NCBI GenBank assembly: GCA_030324005.1
Contig: JARDVH010000073.1
Coordinates: forward strand, 52,569,169 to 52,633,168
Source of the DNA: Negaprion brevirostris
Taxonomy: Eukaryota
DNA: 64,000 nucleotides
Direction of reading: 5' to 3'
The notes under the pieces were generated by a model. It saw only the letters and a list, made by a program, of their open reading frames with translations, was not told the origin of the DNA and searched no databases. The position numbers and the translations under genes were made by a program. Shown here in pieces: positions 63,157 to 64,000 of the stretch. The first letter of the stretch is position 1. Each line of letters begins with the position of its first letter.

Positions 63157-64000
63157 GTTCTTGAAGTGTAATTCCTGGGACCATGTACTTAGCTGGGGAT
63201 GGGGAAAAAAAGTTATGGGTGGAATTTTACCAGTTTGCCTCTCAGCTCTTGTCATCTTACAGAGGCTGGAATTCCAGCAAGAGGCTGAATAAATTAGTTA
63301 AATATATATCAAACATCTTTAGCATGTGACTAGCATGCTTGGCGCTCAATCATCCGGGCTTACTTGCCTTTATGGCCTCGCCAGGAAAGTTCTCTCCTGC
63401 AAGGAAAACACCTGCTCCCCCAGAGGAACAGTTGTGTTGGCCTTGCCGGTAGAACTGGAGGCCATTGAGGCACACCCAAGAAAGCTGAGGACAAGAGGGG
63501 TGATTTTTGGTTAGTGCCCATTTGGCACTTTGGCACTGCCAGCCTAGCACCTCAGCACTACCCACTGGGTAGTGCCATGGGTGTGACCTATCAGGGTGGG
63601 GACTGAAATGTGGGGTCTATATGGGACAGAGACTGAAGGGCGGGGCCAGACCAGGGGAGCACCACTGGAGAGAGAGAGGGGTTCTCTGCCACTTTGCCTG
63701 CAATCGGTGGGGTGACGGAAGGGGGATCCACTGCTGCTCTGCCTGTGATCAGTGGGGTGAGGGAGGAGGGGCCCCTCTGCCAACAATTAGTGGAGTGGTG
63801 CAATCAGTCTGGCTGGTAGGATGGGTGGAGGGGGCTACATTTGCAGGCAGCGTGGGGCTTACAATTGGCTGTGGCACCCCCACGATTGCAGGGGATGGGA
63901 GTTGGTTGAGGCTGGCTCCAAAAGCTGAGGCCTGACAGCTCTCTCTTTCTGTCAGTCGTCTGCTGTTGTTATGCACATTTGCAGCATTATAGGTCTGCAC

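Noticed and set aside
1-64000. Prokaryotic systems (CRISPR arrays, operons, defence islands)
   Set aside because: Spliced vertebrate gene plus SINE/LINE debris; nothing of that kind seen

Overview
Vertebrate genomic DNA with many N gaps, not prokaryotic. The SINE/LINE complement (HE1-type V-SINEs, CR1/HER1, Penelope-like elements) points to a shark or other elasmobranch. The only protein-coding gene I can support is caprin-2 (CAPRIN2/RNG140) on the minus strand: 16 coding exons traced by splice sites and reading phase from 47762 down to 601, with the 3' exons (C1q domain) lying off the left edge. The rest is intronic or upstream sequence made mostly of decayed retroelements. Best leads: (1) an intronic inverted duplicate that is complementary to the non-canonical GC donor of exon 9, the junction that builds a caprin-1-type G3BP-binding motif (FIQ|DSMLD); (2) an in-frame MVQL upstream ORF closed by a TGA one codon before the main ATG; (3) a 3.2-kb palindromic Penelope dimer flanked by a 12-bp direct repeat. 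Protein homology statements rest on my recollection of human CAPRIN1/CAPRIN2, not on a search. Repeat boundaries are approximate.
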